Shown piece after piece: positions 26,334 through 40,164 of a stretch of 64,000 nucleotides of DNA (its first letter is position 1; every line of letters begins with the position of its first letter). This stretch comes from Lingula anatina (taxonomy: Eukaryota > Animalia > Brachiopoda), in the NCBI GenBank assembly GCA_051362555.1, contig CM120640.1, forward strand, positions 41,518,788-41,582,787, read 5' to 3'. Made by a program: the position numbers and the translations under genes. The notes under the pieces were generated by a model that was not told the DNA's origin, made no database searches, and worked only from the letters and a program-made list of their open reading frames with translations.

Positions 26334-27096
26334 AGTTATTGGTAGGTGAGACCAATCACCTTGTCATTGTGCTGACCATTTAACTTGGGAAGTCAGGAGC
26401 AAGCAATCGGTCTACTATAACAGTCTCCCATGGGTTAGTTTTCAAATAGTGTTTGATTGCTCATTTCTGTTTTGGGCCACACTAAGGACAAATGCAGTAT
26501 GATAGACAGTTACAGAAAGTGTGTTTTTAGTTGTTTTTTAATTTTTATAAAGAATTATTTATAAAGACATTTATTAAAAGCAATTATAATGTATTACAAT
26601 ATGTGTACAGAAATTGATTAAAGCTGTAAGTTCGTTGTAAAAAGTGTTATTAGAAAATCCACCAAGTTAATGAATTTTTTGTCATATTGCTTAAAAATTT
26701 CCAGTTCAGTTGAAATAGCAATTTAAATTTGATAAAATTTTCTTTAAGATTTTGAACAAAGTGATTTTAAATGGAAATGTTTTTTTTTTCAAACTGATCT
26801 CATTTTGCATTAATTTAATTGTAAAATATGTAATTGAATTAACTTAATTAACATTTATGATGCCTTTATTGAAGTTTTATTTCTTAAGAACATCATGGAA
26901 GATCTGAAGAAATAAATGATATGACTGAAATTAGTCACTTTTTAATGTTTAGCAACATACTTGGTGCAGCAAGTACATTTATCATTCCATATCAGGCAAC
27001 CTAAGATAGGATAGCAAGTACCGGGAGTATGACTGAAGTTAAACCATGTTGCACCCTGGCAATTAGATATTTTCAGGTACCACTGCTCTTTAAATA

Positions 27097-29329
27097 TCAG
27101 TGATATACACCTTTCATAACAGCAGTTTCTTTCTGAGGAACGGTAAATAGTTGATCCAAGACACCTTTATTTGTATTGCTGAGGTTTCTGAAAGATTCTG
27201 AGCGATCCTGCAATTCAATGTTTTCACCGCAGCAGTTTGTACATGTACAGTTCGTGGCACTGCAGCAGATTTGCCTCACTCGACTTCTCACACGGTTGCT
27301 GATGGCGCAGAATATCACACCGTTAGCTAAACCCTGGGCAGAGTTGCCTGCACCCTAAGAAATAAGAGTGAAAAGTAATTAGCCCTTCACCTATATTTCG
27401 ATTCTTATGAGCTGCATAATGAAATATATTATTTAACTCGGCACAAGTACAATGAAATCTGAAAATTCGTACACTGTTTATCAGTGATTTTAATATTGGA
27501 TCTTGGATATAGATCTAATTTATTTCTAAGATTAAAGATTTCTAGGATTTAAAACGATTGCTTTTTCCGTGTAGCATTTTGAATACCACCTGTACCCACA
27601 GTTATATTGCAAGTCGATATATGTTCAGGGATGAGTTTTTTCCGAATATTGGGGGATTTACGACTTTTTGGAAGCTAAAAATACCATTGGCCTAGGTGCC
27701 CCCTGTACCCTACGCCATATTTTTCGATTTTTTAGTAAATGACGCTCATTCTTGAACATTGTGTGTTAGAGAGAGAGAGAGAGAGACCTCCATGAGCATG
27801 AACGCTACTTTGATCCACTCTGTTGCTGGATATGGAGTAGTACAGCTCGGCATCCACGCTACCATGACGATCAAACGTAACGTCCCCCATATACGGACGC
27901 CGATGAATAGCAGTGGCACTGCAATGAGCTTTCTGTTGGCCCTCAGCACCACGCTTATTGTCTGGTCGAAGAGCATCTTCTCGTCTTCTCTGTTGAACTG
28001 GTAATTTCTTATCTGTTGATCAAAATGTGGGAATGAATGAGTTGAAATTCTTTCCTAATTCAATTTTTAAATGCATTTGCCCGGAACTGTTAGTCATACA
28101 TCTGTTACTGTTTATACATTTTTCTTTCTTTTCTGAACGATTTTGATCATTATTTAAAATCAAACTCATTTTATAACTCACAAAACGTATGAAAGTCAAT
28201 GCCGGAAACGTTGGGTAACAACCACCGATCTTACCAAGTTCGTACTCGTCCTGCTAACGTGCCAAGCAATCATCAAATACAGCACCAGTATTTGGAAATA
28301 TGCCAGTATCTCGGTGCCTTTCAGTGTCAGTATAGTCCAGGCTATGTACTCCTGGGACCCCAGTCCTCCCTTCAGCCAGCAGATAGACGCGCGGCTTATG
28401 GAACAGGCCGGCATGAGTTCGTCGTTAAAACCAAATACGTGATAACATGCCGCAGTGATTGTTGGAATTGCTGGAAGAAAACGGAGACAAATTTCACTGA
28501 AACCTATACGAATGGTTTGTTTAATGTAGCTGTAGCAAACATTTGTGTTGAACATATTAAAAATTTTCATGTCAATTATCTAATTTGAAAATATTACTTC
28601 AAAGGATATATGTATTTTCGTATTTTAGGGAAAACGGTTGCACAGCTCTTCGTTTGTTGAGCGAAAGGTTTTGTATAGTATTTTTAAAGGGTGTGTAAGA
28701 AAAAAGATCATATTTTTGTCGAAAAAGATCTTCCTTTGAATATGCATAATAGTTTGCTTGGTGAGAGATGTACAGTTATTTTATCCAAATTTAAATCGAA
28801 TTGTTGTGATACCTGGAACTCCCCAACAGATGACATGAGTAAGCCCCCACCATTTCCACACTTCTATTCTTTTCCCTTGGACTATTTCAAGGTACAGGTA
28901 CAATGCAGTCGCCATGTTCCACCAGAATGACACCGACTGGGAATAACTCGATATTGCACCAATTAATACACATGTGATGTCACTCGAATTGGCCTGCTCG
29001 TCACCACCGTCAATATGTATAGTATCCGAGCCAAACTGTCTCTTCAAGATATACCATAAGGATCCCATTAAAAAACAGGCTGCAGTCACGATATCCGCAA
29101 CACTTGCAAACATCAAGAGTTTTCTGCTGGTGGTCCGAACATCTTCTAACACCAGGTAGGTCCATATTACCATTATGGCCCCGATGATGGAACATACAGC
29201 CACACAAGTTGTGACGGTCACGAATGCCACGTCTGTGATCAATGCAACGGTGTATGGGGTAGTCGAGTTAGTAACGGTGGTGTTGGATATATAAACGACA
29301 CTGCTGTTCGAATTGAATAGTTCCTCCAT
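27097..29329 (-). CDS. GPR157-like / cAMP-receptor-like 7TM GPCR, paralog 1 (exons 29329-28813, 28470-28235, 28012-27788, 27354-27097)
   Basis: SIIGAIMVIWTY...RTTSRKLLMFASVADIVTA, SFWWNMATALYLYL, HVICWGVP, ICWLK, KGTEILAY, ANRKLIAVPLLFIGVRIWGTLR, GAGNSAQGLANGVIFC. Exons join in frame; the N-terminus is rich in N-glycosylation sequons. Confidence 0.9.
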
Positions 29330-30645
29330 GTTTCTGCTGGTTCGTTGCGAAGTATAAACTTGAAAAGGAGAGTGAAAATTTAAATCCAGAAACAGGGCGC
29401 TAGGACAGTGCACCAGGGCAGTTGCTTCAGAGGATTTCCACTAGGCGTTTTCTCAGCCTGTCACGATTGATTTTGTGCACACCCCGGGAAAAAATTCCAA
29501 ATCATGTTTTCTATCTTCGAAATCCAACGCGAATTGAAATATTTAGGAACAGTTAGAAGTAATTAGTGACAACTGTTACTACTACGTAGGCAACGGTCCA
29601 CCTGTTCGTTTGTCATGTGCACGGTTTGATGACGGGTCCCAATCAGTGTGATAAGATATGGCACAGTAATTTGATCCGTTTTCATTGTCAGGCTTCGACA
29701 CGGTATAGATTTAGTGAGGACAATCTGATTGACTACAGATTATCTATATCTAATTCACATGATATGAAATGAAAATTGAGATTCTGCTTCTTTTTTTCTT
29801 TCTTAATTTTTGAAAGCGTAATGACCGTAAAGAAGTGGTCCTGCAGGTTGGATTGTTTTGGAGGCGATCAACGGTAAAAAGGGGCTCTAATATACAAAAT
29901 ATATGGTTTTTTTTCAAGGTGACACTTGTGGGCAGAGAAGCTATTAACGAAGCGAAATTACATTATTATTATTATTATTTTAAAAATCATTTTGGTATTA
30001 TTCCTCGCCGCAAGAAGAAAAAGAGGGAGAACTAGTTTCCCTACTGGTAAAATACTCTTCTTTATTCCTTAAGATGCACTATTTCTTGATCATTTCTATA
30101 AATCTAATAAAACAAAGCGTTAAAACTTCATCTGTTGTTTTATCTGTAGCTCTACCTCTTCCATTTATTTACAAAAATGCCACACGAACAACGAACTGGT
30201 GAATTTATATTTCTAAAAATACTGGGAAACAGTTGTGTCACCCTTTGTTACTACTCTGTTGATACTCTGCTTCCTAGTCAGCATATAACGCAAATACCAC
30301 TGATCTCGGTTTGTATGGCCTATAGAAGACACGAATACTTCAAATGGTATTTTGTAGCTTGTTTTTTTACTGTCCTCAGTTATGATTTTTATATTGTGTC
30401 TAATACATTACAACTTTTTATCTAAAATGAAGACTAATGTCTGCAGTTCCAGTTGCTTGTAAAAAATAGCAATCAGACCAGCGAAAAGGAGAAAACACTA
30501 ACACGAACCAAACCTTTGTCCATTTGTCAACCGTCCTGGGCTACTCCTCTGGGGCAAGATTTGGCAGGATATATATATATCTATGAGGAAAATAAACGAA
30601 TGCCTTGTTTGCCTCACAGCAAAACTTGACAGAGTGCTTGAACAG

Positions 30646-31888
30646 TTAATACGTGGTGAGGAGAGGTGTTGATTCCATTTTTATTCTCTCCGTTTGATTC
30701 GACAACGCCATGCGGCTGGGTGAGGAAAATAGGCTTTGTGGGTTGTTCCTGGTATAGTTGCTGCGATAAAGTCCCGATCTGTTGCGATGTGCGAATCTTT
30801 CCACCAATTTCACAAGCCAAAAATCATTCAAAAGCCAATGGCGTGTCCTTGTGCGGATTTTTGACGAGGTAAGACAGAAAAGAACGCAGTTTGTGAAGCC
30901 CTCCAGACTAGCTCCAAAACTCTGAAATAATTCAAGCAATAGATGAGTGCGCTTCAGTCTCTGCTGTTTTCAAATCTGTGGAGTATTATTTGAAACCTTT
31001 CTCTCAAATCTTTTCACCTTTTTGAGGAATTTCGCGCCGGCCATTTAAACTAGTGATTTGTAGAAAAACACAAAGGATGTTTATGATTGTGAACAATAAT
31101 ATATTTACTTGTGAAAATTGAATCATCATTAAAACAAAACGTACCCCCATAATCATAAAAAATCCTCTTGCGTTGCACATGTGCTGTGTTTGGGGTGTAT
31201 CAAATCTTTTAGAGGAAGCTACATACAGCATCCAATGTATGCTGCCCCAGATGTGCAGTAAGGTATAAGTAATAGGAATGGCCGTCAGGCGGGCAATGTT
31301 TTGTCTAATTACCGCTCCTGCTTCTACTGGGAGCGAAGATTCATCCTCTCGGCGGATCTAAAAAAAATCACGTTATTTTCAAGGAATCAAGGAGATGCAA
31401 GTTGTTTAGGTTACATATCAGCATTTTATACAATAAAAGTTAAAGAAAAAAATGAAAATAAGGTCTAGCTATCATAATATTGATGCACGAAATGCAGGGT
31501 ATACTCTTTCTGAATGGAGTGAAAGTAATACCTCTTTTTGCACATAGCGCCAAACATAAAAGTATGTAGTAAACACAAAGGAAATAGTAATTATTTCCCA
31601 TCCTTTCCACGTGAGGAGCTGCCATCCGACTTCTTCTGCAAAGTTTTCTCTGTGCTTCACCCAGCAAATGATTGAGTCACTAAATAGACAGCCTCCATGG
31701 CGGCCGTCACGGTCTTGTCCAAACACACCACGTCCAATAGCAATTCCCGCTATTGTCGCTAAAAAGAACAGCAAACGTTTTTTTAACTTAAGTGTGGGGT
31801 CAACTGTTGGGTTTCCAATGAAAATCCACATTGATCTACGAATAAAGTCGAATATATAAGAATTGTTGTCTGAAAAGACCAAGTTTAC

Positions 31889-31937
<49 letters not shown>

Positions 31938-34900
31938 CAATCAAAACCATACTTGTAGGTAACAGAGAGGTAAAAAGCTTTTCTTTAAAAAGATGTTACA
32001 TATGTATTGTAGCCTCTTTCCCCTGAACTAAGGCGCAGCTCTAGACTCCACGGGTCGATGATGTTGCTGCAGGCATTTTAAGAAAGTTAACACGGGCAGA
32101 CAGGAGGGGCGGATCTTTCGTTTAAATCATACGCCAGTCATTGTGAGATTACCCTAGGTAACTACCAAGAAGAAGGACGAGGGTCAGTCACGAGCACTCT
32201 CCAGTCTTTATTCGATACAGTGTTTCGCTAGGGAATAGAAAATCGAATCGACATTGTAATCGGCACTAGATATAGATAGTATAACTATTCCCTACCTAGC
32301 GAAGAGATAATTTACACAATAGTGAATAGACTAAAAAATAAAACAAGATAAAATAGAACACAGCGAAACCGCCACCAGGTATTGTACCACCAGTGCGCTA
32401 TTAATATCATAAAAGTTAAATGGTAGTTATTGATTTATCTGTTGTAAGTTGTGGAGAAAAAGTGTCTGGTAGATGTGCAAAGCGCATTTTATGAGAGAAA
32501 ATTGGTCAAAGGTAAAATTCAAGGCCACATAAAGATGTCCCATATATGATTTTCTATTCAAGGTTATTAGTAACTATAGATGTATTTCTGCCAGTTTTGG
32601 GAGGTGTTAAGGTCGGAAATTTTGCAAAGTGGTGAAGATTAGGTTAAACGTTAAATTCAAGGTGGCAGTAAAATTGCCAATATTAAGCTAGTTGGTCCAT
32701 TTAGACACTTTTGGCCCTGTAGAGCCAACTGGGAATAAGTTAGAGCAACAAAACCAGTTTTAAAACAAGCGACAAGAGCGAAGCAACATGGATTGTCATT
32801 ATTTTGCAATTATGATGCCAGATGGCTCACAATTTGACAAAAAAAACACACTTGACATTGGGGGGGGGGGGGGGGCAACTTACCCTGTGTTAGTACTTAT
32901 ATTGAAATGTAGTCAACGTTCTATGTAAACCCCACGAATTGCCCCTTTTTCACTTTTTATTTTATTTTAAAAATTGACTTTTGGAGTCTTTGTTGAATTG
33001 GTAGTTCAAATGAGGCAGATATATTGGGGTTTCTGTTCGTTACGTTTTATGTGTTGCAAGAACCCAAGTATCTTAAATCAAACTCTTAAGTATTGATTTA
33101 GAACAAACTAATAATGGTATAAAGTGGGCTTTAAATGAATGACATTGAATAATAAACTTTTGTTTTAAAAGAAATTGGCAATTTCAATCCGAAACTGGTA
33201 TGGTCTCATGTGTGTGCATTCCTCATGTGATCATTTCTAAAAAGACTATTTAGAGCAAAATAATAATGGTATAAATCTATTTAAAAGACACGATTAACTA
33301 TCGTTTTAAAGTAACTAACAATTAAATGGGTATTCAATTCACAAACTATTGACCTAGTGTTAACAATGGTCTATTGCTTTGTTGCGCGCAAAGGATCGTG
33401 GTCTATATGAGGGTCCAACTTGTCCCGAGTCAAATGGTCCAACAAGGCCCAGGCACACATTTTTTCATTTTAAAGGATTGCCGCCTTTTTTGTGCTAGAA
33501 TGAGCTACCGTGATACATTCCTGTGAAATTTGAAACAATTAGTTTTAGTTTGATACCCCATACATATACTTTATTCGATCACAAGCCTATGAAAATAGAT
33601 TTTAAAATCCCTTTACTAAAGTTACTTTTAGACAGAGCAATCCTTCACTTGGACTCACCACATTACGACCAACGGTTTCCAGGCATTGTTGGGCCCCGTC
33701 ACTTTACCAGTAAAAGATTATTTGATCAAAAGTCTTAGCTTGTAGTAACCTTTTTATAAATTGACGAGGGACCAACTAACCACGGGGTCCAAATAGCCTC
33801 GGGTTCCTAATTACTTCCTATTCAAGTGCAATAGTAACTATGGACGTATTTGTGCAGGTTCTGAAGATATGAGGGTCAGAAAATTTGCAAGGTATAGTTG
33901 GTAGCGAAAAGTAGATGAAAGACCATGTTGAAGGTCGCAGTTAGATTGCAAATAAGGTTAGGAAAATATGCAAAATGTATTTGGTGACAAAAAAGTATTT
34001 AGGTCAAAGGTCAAATTCAAGGTCACAGTAAGGTTGCCAATTTATTCAATTTCAATAGTAACTATGGGGATACATTGCCAGTTTTTTGAGATTTTCACAT
34101 TCTATTTTCACCACTGAGCATTGCAACGTTGTACTTTTTGAAATAGCGCAGCTCCTAACAGTATGGAAAACAAATAAACCGACACCACCTCCAGTGTCAT
34201 GCTTGACAAGCTCTAAAAACCCATGAAACAATAGGTCTCTAGTTTTAACGGTTCCAGAATTAGACAGAGTTTTCGTCATCTTATGGATGCTTCTCCCGTG
34301 AAAATGCACCGATTGACCCCAAACTCACGGAGAAAAATTGCACTTTTGGGTAATATTTGTCTCCTTTTTCATAAAAAAGAATACCCCCCTTGGAAAAAGA
34401 AGGCTAAGGGGCCGTATATTGTTATTATATTGGAATGAGCGCCACCTATGGCGGGAAGCGCCAGCATTCCGGGACTTTACCGGAACGTGAAAAGAGTAGC
34501 ACGTTACTAGATACATTTGCACATACGTAACAATCTAGCCGTCGTATCCCAACTGCACCGGAAACTCTCTATTAACCAAAAACCGGTTGGAATAATATTA
34601 TGCAATTTTTCAATTAAACAACTAAAAAGCTAACGCTCACCTGGAAGAGGCCAGCAAACGATATGTAAAGCTCCTGCTACTTGTTCGGCAAGTTTTACCA
34701 TTCCTTTAACAATACACAAATAGATATAAACCGCCAATGAAGAAGTCCACAGAAAAGAACATAGTTCAGAAAAAACAAGCAAAAATGACGTTACTTGACA
34801 CCCCGGCGAGGAACTGTCGTCTAAATGTGAAGAAAGGTTGTGATAAGCGATTCCGACCAGAAACCCCAGGGCTGTTAAGTAGTTCCCAACACTGATGTAC

Positions 34901-35049
34901 ATAACTATACGTCTTGTGGTCGTCCTGATGTCTGCGAACGCAAGGTAAGTCCATATAGTAAAACTTGCCCCTAAAATTGACAGCACGGATCCAGTCCCCG
35001 TAGCTGTCATGAATATCAAATCCACGGAACTCGTATTCGTGGTCTCCAT
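30646..35049 (-). CDS. GPR157-like / cAMP-receptor-like 7TM GPCR, paralog 2 (exons 35049-34641, 31758-31532, 31357-31145, 30921-30646)
   Basis: LSILGASFTIWTY...RTTTRRIVMYISVGNYL, SFLWTSSLAVYIYL, HIVCWPLP, ICWVK, WKGWEII, RLTAIPITYTLLHIWGSI, SLEGFTNCVLFCL. Same three intron positions and phases as paralog 1. Confidence 0.88.
32343..34333 (-). mobile_element. HINE copy 3, diverged and 5'-truncated, in intron 1 of GPCR paralog 2, interrupted by a nested ~1.1-kb insertion
   Basis: 3' subTIR (attgtaccaccag) and stem-loop at 32360-32393. Degenerate 146-bp units at ~32500-32683 and ~33811-34090. 34100-34330 is homologous to 10710-10946 and to 21610-21840. Confidence 0.8.
32684..33810. mobile_element. 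Unclassified insertion nested in HINE copy 3
   Basis: It splits the unit motif aaattgccaatat|...|tacttcctattcaag. The ends carry inverted tagttggtcc / ggaccaacta motifs. Confidence 0.55.
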
Positions 35050-36259
35050 TGTTCAAGTATCGAGCACTGGGTTATTTTCTGATGGCCCTTATACCCTTAC
35101 CCGTGTATATACTGCAAAGGCATATTAATGATTTATTTAGTGGCACATGAACAAAACTTTGGCTGGAGGACCTTAAGCTAACATGTGATGAAGTTGTTGC
35201 TGTCACGTGTGACATATATATTTGTATACATATATCAGCTCTATTTTTCGGGTTTCCTTTCTTATATACCCTATGCTGGGCATTCCAAAACAAGTGATAA
35301 TAAAATACTTATGGAATTGAAATGTGTTTCTTTTATGTTCAGTATATCATTTATGAAAGATATATGAATAGATTCAATTTAAATGAAACAAATGCTGTTT
35401 ATGTTAACATGATTCCATGGAGTTAAATAGTTACATGTTTATATAGTAACAATATTGGCCTATATCACTGAAGGCAGTACATAAATGTGCCAACAGTAAC
35501 ACCCGATTCAAATGTAAATGTAGCTCCCATTTGTATGGCTGCTCATAAATACCAACATTAAAGGAAAGTAATATCTGTACATATATAGCTCCTGAACGTT
35601 ACGAAGGACCTTACATTATGCGATTTTAAAAAGGAACTAAGTGTTTCGAAAATCTAATTACAAAAATTCCAACATCCCACTCTTCTTGAATTATTACAAC
35701 GTTTAGGATAGCATTTAGGAACCTCGGTGGTTGATTTACGACTAACACCAGGCTTGCATCAATGTCAATAATGTGTCCTTTTGAAATATTTTACATGTCA
35801 GAATGAATCGTCCCCTTTCATGTGCTCACAGTATATCTGATATGTTTTAACCACATGCACAGTGTGCAGTTATCTAAAGGGAAGGAAATTTCGCATTATT
35901 CATCTTTTGTGTAGTACCTTTCATTTTTATTGGAATTTTTAATTTTCTGTTTGCCTCAGACATATGATAACACAACACCACATGTTACCAGCACGAGTGT
36001 GAAAGATTTAGAAAGAAACCTTCGTCAGACGTTGAAAATCATCAAGACGTTCCGATGATGATTAAACGAATCACATATACCCTGAGCGTCAGAGCAACGT
36101 AAAAGCTAGCTTGCTAAATATACCTTGTGGTGGAGTCGCTTTTACTGGTATTGCTACTGTGGGTTATATATGAAATCAAGATCGAGCTGGCAATGCCGGA
36201 ATCTAGAACCTAAGGTAATCACATATCACCTTTAATAACAAAAATTAGGTCAGGGTCGT

Positions 36260-37319
36260 AGAGCGCATTCCCAGAGATTTAGATTGATCCAATTAGATCG
36301 ACCTAATTCCCTGGGCAGGCCTACCCAACTACCAGACTCGGCACATAAGGATCGTGAATTAACCGGTTTATCGGACCACACTACCCGTTTTCAAGGTGTG
36401 TGTCAGATCGCATTTCAGAGTATCAGTCAGAACACCGACAGGATGAGCCCGCGGTCGTACAGGGATGTGTCATACTTTAATGTCTAAATGAATTTTCTGT
36501 TTTCTCAACTTTTCATTGAAATAGCAACTATAAATATGATCAATTCAATTCAATTTCATTCAATCTAATTTCCAGAAGTTTATAATGTTGTTATATAACA
36601 TTACGTGTCCTGATATTTATAAATGTACGGGTTAAATGTTTTCAGGATGTATACTTATATGATCAGTTTCCATGTCAAGTTTAAAGAAGTCGGTTTGTTT
36701 AGAGTCACACTAGGTAACTCAATTACAAATACATCCACCTCGAATGTATTTAGGAATGGTCCTCTACCTTGTAACAATGTCATTCACCTTGATCAATCAG
36801 TTATCAATCTATTGTCCACTAGTAGAAGTCATTTAATTCTCAGTCTGGAAGTCTTCTCTATCCCATGTGTAACTGAATTAAAGTGACCACTCTGGCAACC
36901 TATCTGGTTGGGAAGCCAATGTAATGTACATGTAATTATATATGTGAAGGTATAAAGATAGAAATAAAGGTAGAAGTCAGTAGCCAGTACTCAGAGAAAG
37001 GACACTGTACACTGATCTCCAGAAAGCAAAACATGACTACAAAATTTGTTCTGGGGTATGATACTCCGAAATGCGATCTGACACACACCTTGAAAACGGT
37101 TAGTGTGGTCCGATATACAGAATCCAGGATCCTTATGTGCCGAGTCTGGTAGTTGGGTAGGCCTGCTGGGGTTCACTCTAAATTGCTGTCAGCCGACGGC
37201 ACACGGAAGTTAATTACCCCTTTACAGCTTTTAGTAGGCGGGAAAGACATTTAAGCCGGCTAAGCTAGTGAGATTCCCCACGGGGATAGATCGATCTAAA
37301 ATCTGTGAGAATGGGGTCT
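36260..37319. mobile_element. Older TIR element (possibly PIF/Harbinger-type) hosting a nested MITE
   Basis: agagcgcattcccagagatttagattgatc is an imperfect inverted match to gatcgatctaaaatctgtgagaatggggtct. Confidence 0.55.
36316..37165. mobile_element. MITE family A (long TIR CAGGCCTACCCAACT...), 5-bp TSD CTGGG
   Basis: ~105-bp inverted arms; ctggg directly flanks both ends (36311-36315 and 37166-37170). Confidence 0.88.
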
Positions 37320-40164
37320 TAGACTTAAAAAATATGACCACATAACAAGATGTTAATAGTCCAATACTAAACAGGTACACATAGCTATTTTGTTGGCTTA
37401 TGCTCATGTAAACAGCATACGCACCAAGCAGTCATATGGAACCTGGACATAATAAGAGAGTCCAAGTATGGAATAAGCGTCGCGGAGAGATCAAGACAGT
37501 CATCTGTAGCATCGAACACCTCACATCTTCGAGATAAATCTTGCAGTATCCATAGGAAACTCATTTTGCAAAAACATTTATTTGTTCAATAATTTTAGTA
37601 CTATTTATTTGCCAAGCATTTTTATCTGACTCGTTAATAATTCCAAACATTTTTCTTTTCTTACTAAATATTACTCAACGTTTGGAACGGAATGCCACCT
37701 AAACCTACTTCCCATTCAAAATTAGTGCCTCCTGTTTTATTCTAGTCACGTAAAAACCCATTTCTCGACAATCTTTCTTTGTCTGTGACGGTCTTCCGTG
37801 ACTTATTTACTAAATTCAGTGACAATAGAACGGGAACTGCTGTAATAAAATGGTTCGTAATCTTTAATTCGTTCAACGAAATAAAGTGTTGTGTGCTTTG
37901 GGATTTGTTTCTGAAGGGTATTTCAACTGAAATATTAAATAATCTAAAAGATTTATAACTTAATAATTTGAAACGCAAGTTCTGCGTCTGTACGCAAATG
38001 TTTTGCAAATTTGTAAGTTGTGAAAAACCCAAAAACATATAGCAGAAAAAATGTAAAAAAAAAAACATTGCTTGCTATAAGCAACATGTTAAAAAATTAT
38101 AACATTAATGTGTTCACTAAATGTGCAGTATTTGATACGTACGTTCAAGCTAATTAAATTGTTATCACTTAACAATGTTTCACAATTAAACATTAAACAT
38201 TATGACAGTAGTTATAATGTACATCGGAGCTAAGATTAACGTCAGTCAGATGAGTTTTCATCATTACTACTAGTAGTTGTATTGCTGTTTTTTATGACTA
38301 TAAATTTTTATTGCAGAATTTTCTCATCTAAATCTTCTCTTTTCTCTCTAAAACTTAAAAAAAACATTTTTTTGACGTCGATTTTAAGTTTTTATACTGT
38401 AAAAAAAGCAGTGAACGTTCTATGTTCCTAGAGCACAACTTGGCAATAAAAAGGAATTATTATGTCCAAGAGCACAATGACCATTCAATACGCAACTTGA
38501 ACATTTGCTAGATTGTTTGTGGCTTAGACGGGAAGCGCACAGCCAGTCGAGACGAGACGGAGAGACACCTTGAGGAACTAAGGATATACTGGTAATAAAC
38601 CATTAAGCTGAATCATGCGCCATTTTCCATTGTTTGGAGATATGTTTGTCATCATATTAATTTGCAAAACATTCACGTACCAGCACGGAGCCCCGCAGGG
38701 GTCACTCAAACACATTTTTTTATCTCGAGCGCTCGGCATACTATCTCGAGCGCTAGACTTACTTTTCGAGCGCCCGACTTACTAACTTTGATCTGTAAGA
38801 TCTCAAACTTGTCGGGGGTTTTCACTTCGGCGGGTAAGTGGTGAACTGGATCGATTATCACACTGAGAGGTTGATACAGGTAAACGTAAAACGTCATTTT
38901 CATGTTAATGCCACAAGTTTAAACTAGCTGAAGGTGTGTTTGTCGTGGTGGTGGTCATGGGGAATGGGTGCTTCAGATGTAGGCCTACCACCAAATTCTT
39001 CCTCCCCTCTCCCAAAAAGGAAAAGTATTAAGATACTTCATAGCATATTACCACTTCATGGGAAAAGCGTTACTACTTCATGACAGAAGGCGACTTCATT
39101 GGTTAAAAATGACCCTCAGGCGACTACGCAATATTTACCACTTCATGGGATATTTGTATCCAAACGTGTTGGTTCTGGTTTGGTGAGGAAATTAGGCGAC
39201 AAGGTCGATATGATGTTTCATTTTAGACTAGAATTTCGAGATTGACACGATATTTGTTATATCATTTTCTAATATTTCTTAAAGAAACACAAACGTTTTG
39301 GTGCGTGCCTACTCTCTGGGTTCTTAATACTGCAATACTGCATACTTCTTAATACATCAATGAAAGCCTCGCAATTTGAAACAAAAACTCTTTTGAAAAT
39401 GCATGTTAGTGAACGGGTCGCTATACATCTCCAAAGACCCCTACTGAGAATCGTTAGTACCCCCGCTGTGATGAAATTGAACCTGAAACTCATTTCTTAC
39501 TGAAATCAGGGAATTATATCGTAGACGATCAGCAGGCGTAGGAAGGACAGTTAATATTTGGATGATGGTAGGGAGTGCCAAGGATTTTAAAGGGTGGATG
39601 TACCCAAATAGGGCTACAAATCATCATTTTGGGGGTTTTATGTCTAATTATTGGTTAAATGTGTATATAACGTTTAACGGAATAACATTTTTACATTTTG
39701 AACAAAAAATATGTTTTTTTTCTGAGGATTTTTATGCTGCACTCATCGGCACCAGTGGCTTGGTCTTTGCCCCGCCTTCGTTGCCAAGGGCCGTTGGGAT
39801 GGGTTAACTTGGGTAGGACCTTAGCAGGAATGTGTCATGCTCCCTTTGTCATAAACAGCGATCGGCAAAGCATTGTTCCGCTTAAGCTGTTTTGAAAGTC
39901 GCTCTTGATTGTGATCAGCGCTAGGAGAATCTTTTTCGACACATTGGATTTGCTCGAAATACGCGTTTTCCCTTGAATTGCTTGTTGCTATATACATGTA
40001 CTTTCGATTTTCTTGAGATACGAAAAAAAAAAAAAAGAAAACATTCCGCTGTCTGTTACCTGTGACAGCAACCGTCAAACTATCGATCAGTCTTCGAGAG
40101 CAGCTCTATACAGTCGTCAAGTTTTATTAATCTATGCAACTTAGGTCATCTGGCCTAGCATCGA

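Noticed and set aside
24443-26349. Repetitive ORFs with GESDFH/ENLT motifs
   Set aside because: They are translations of the foldback element's 33-bp and 185-bp repeats.
32009-32320. Solo LTR
   Set aside because: It has a TG start and a reverse AATAAA, but no defensible end or TSD.
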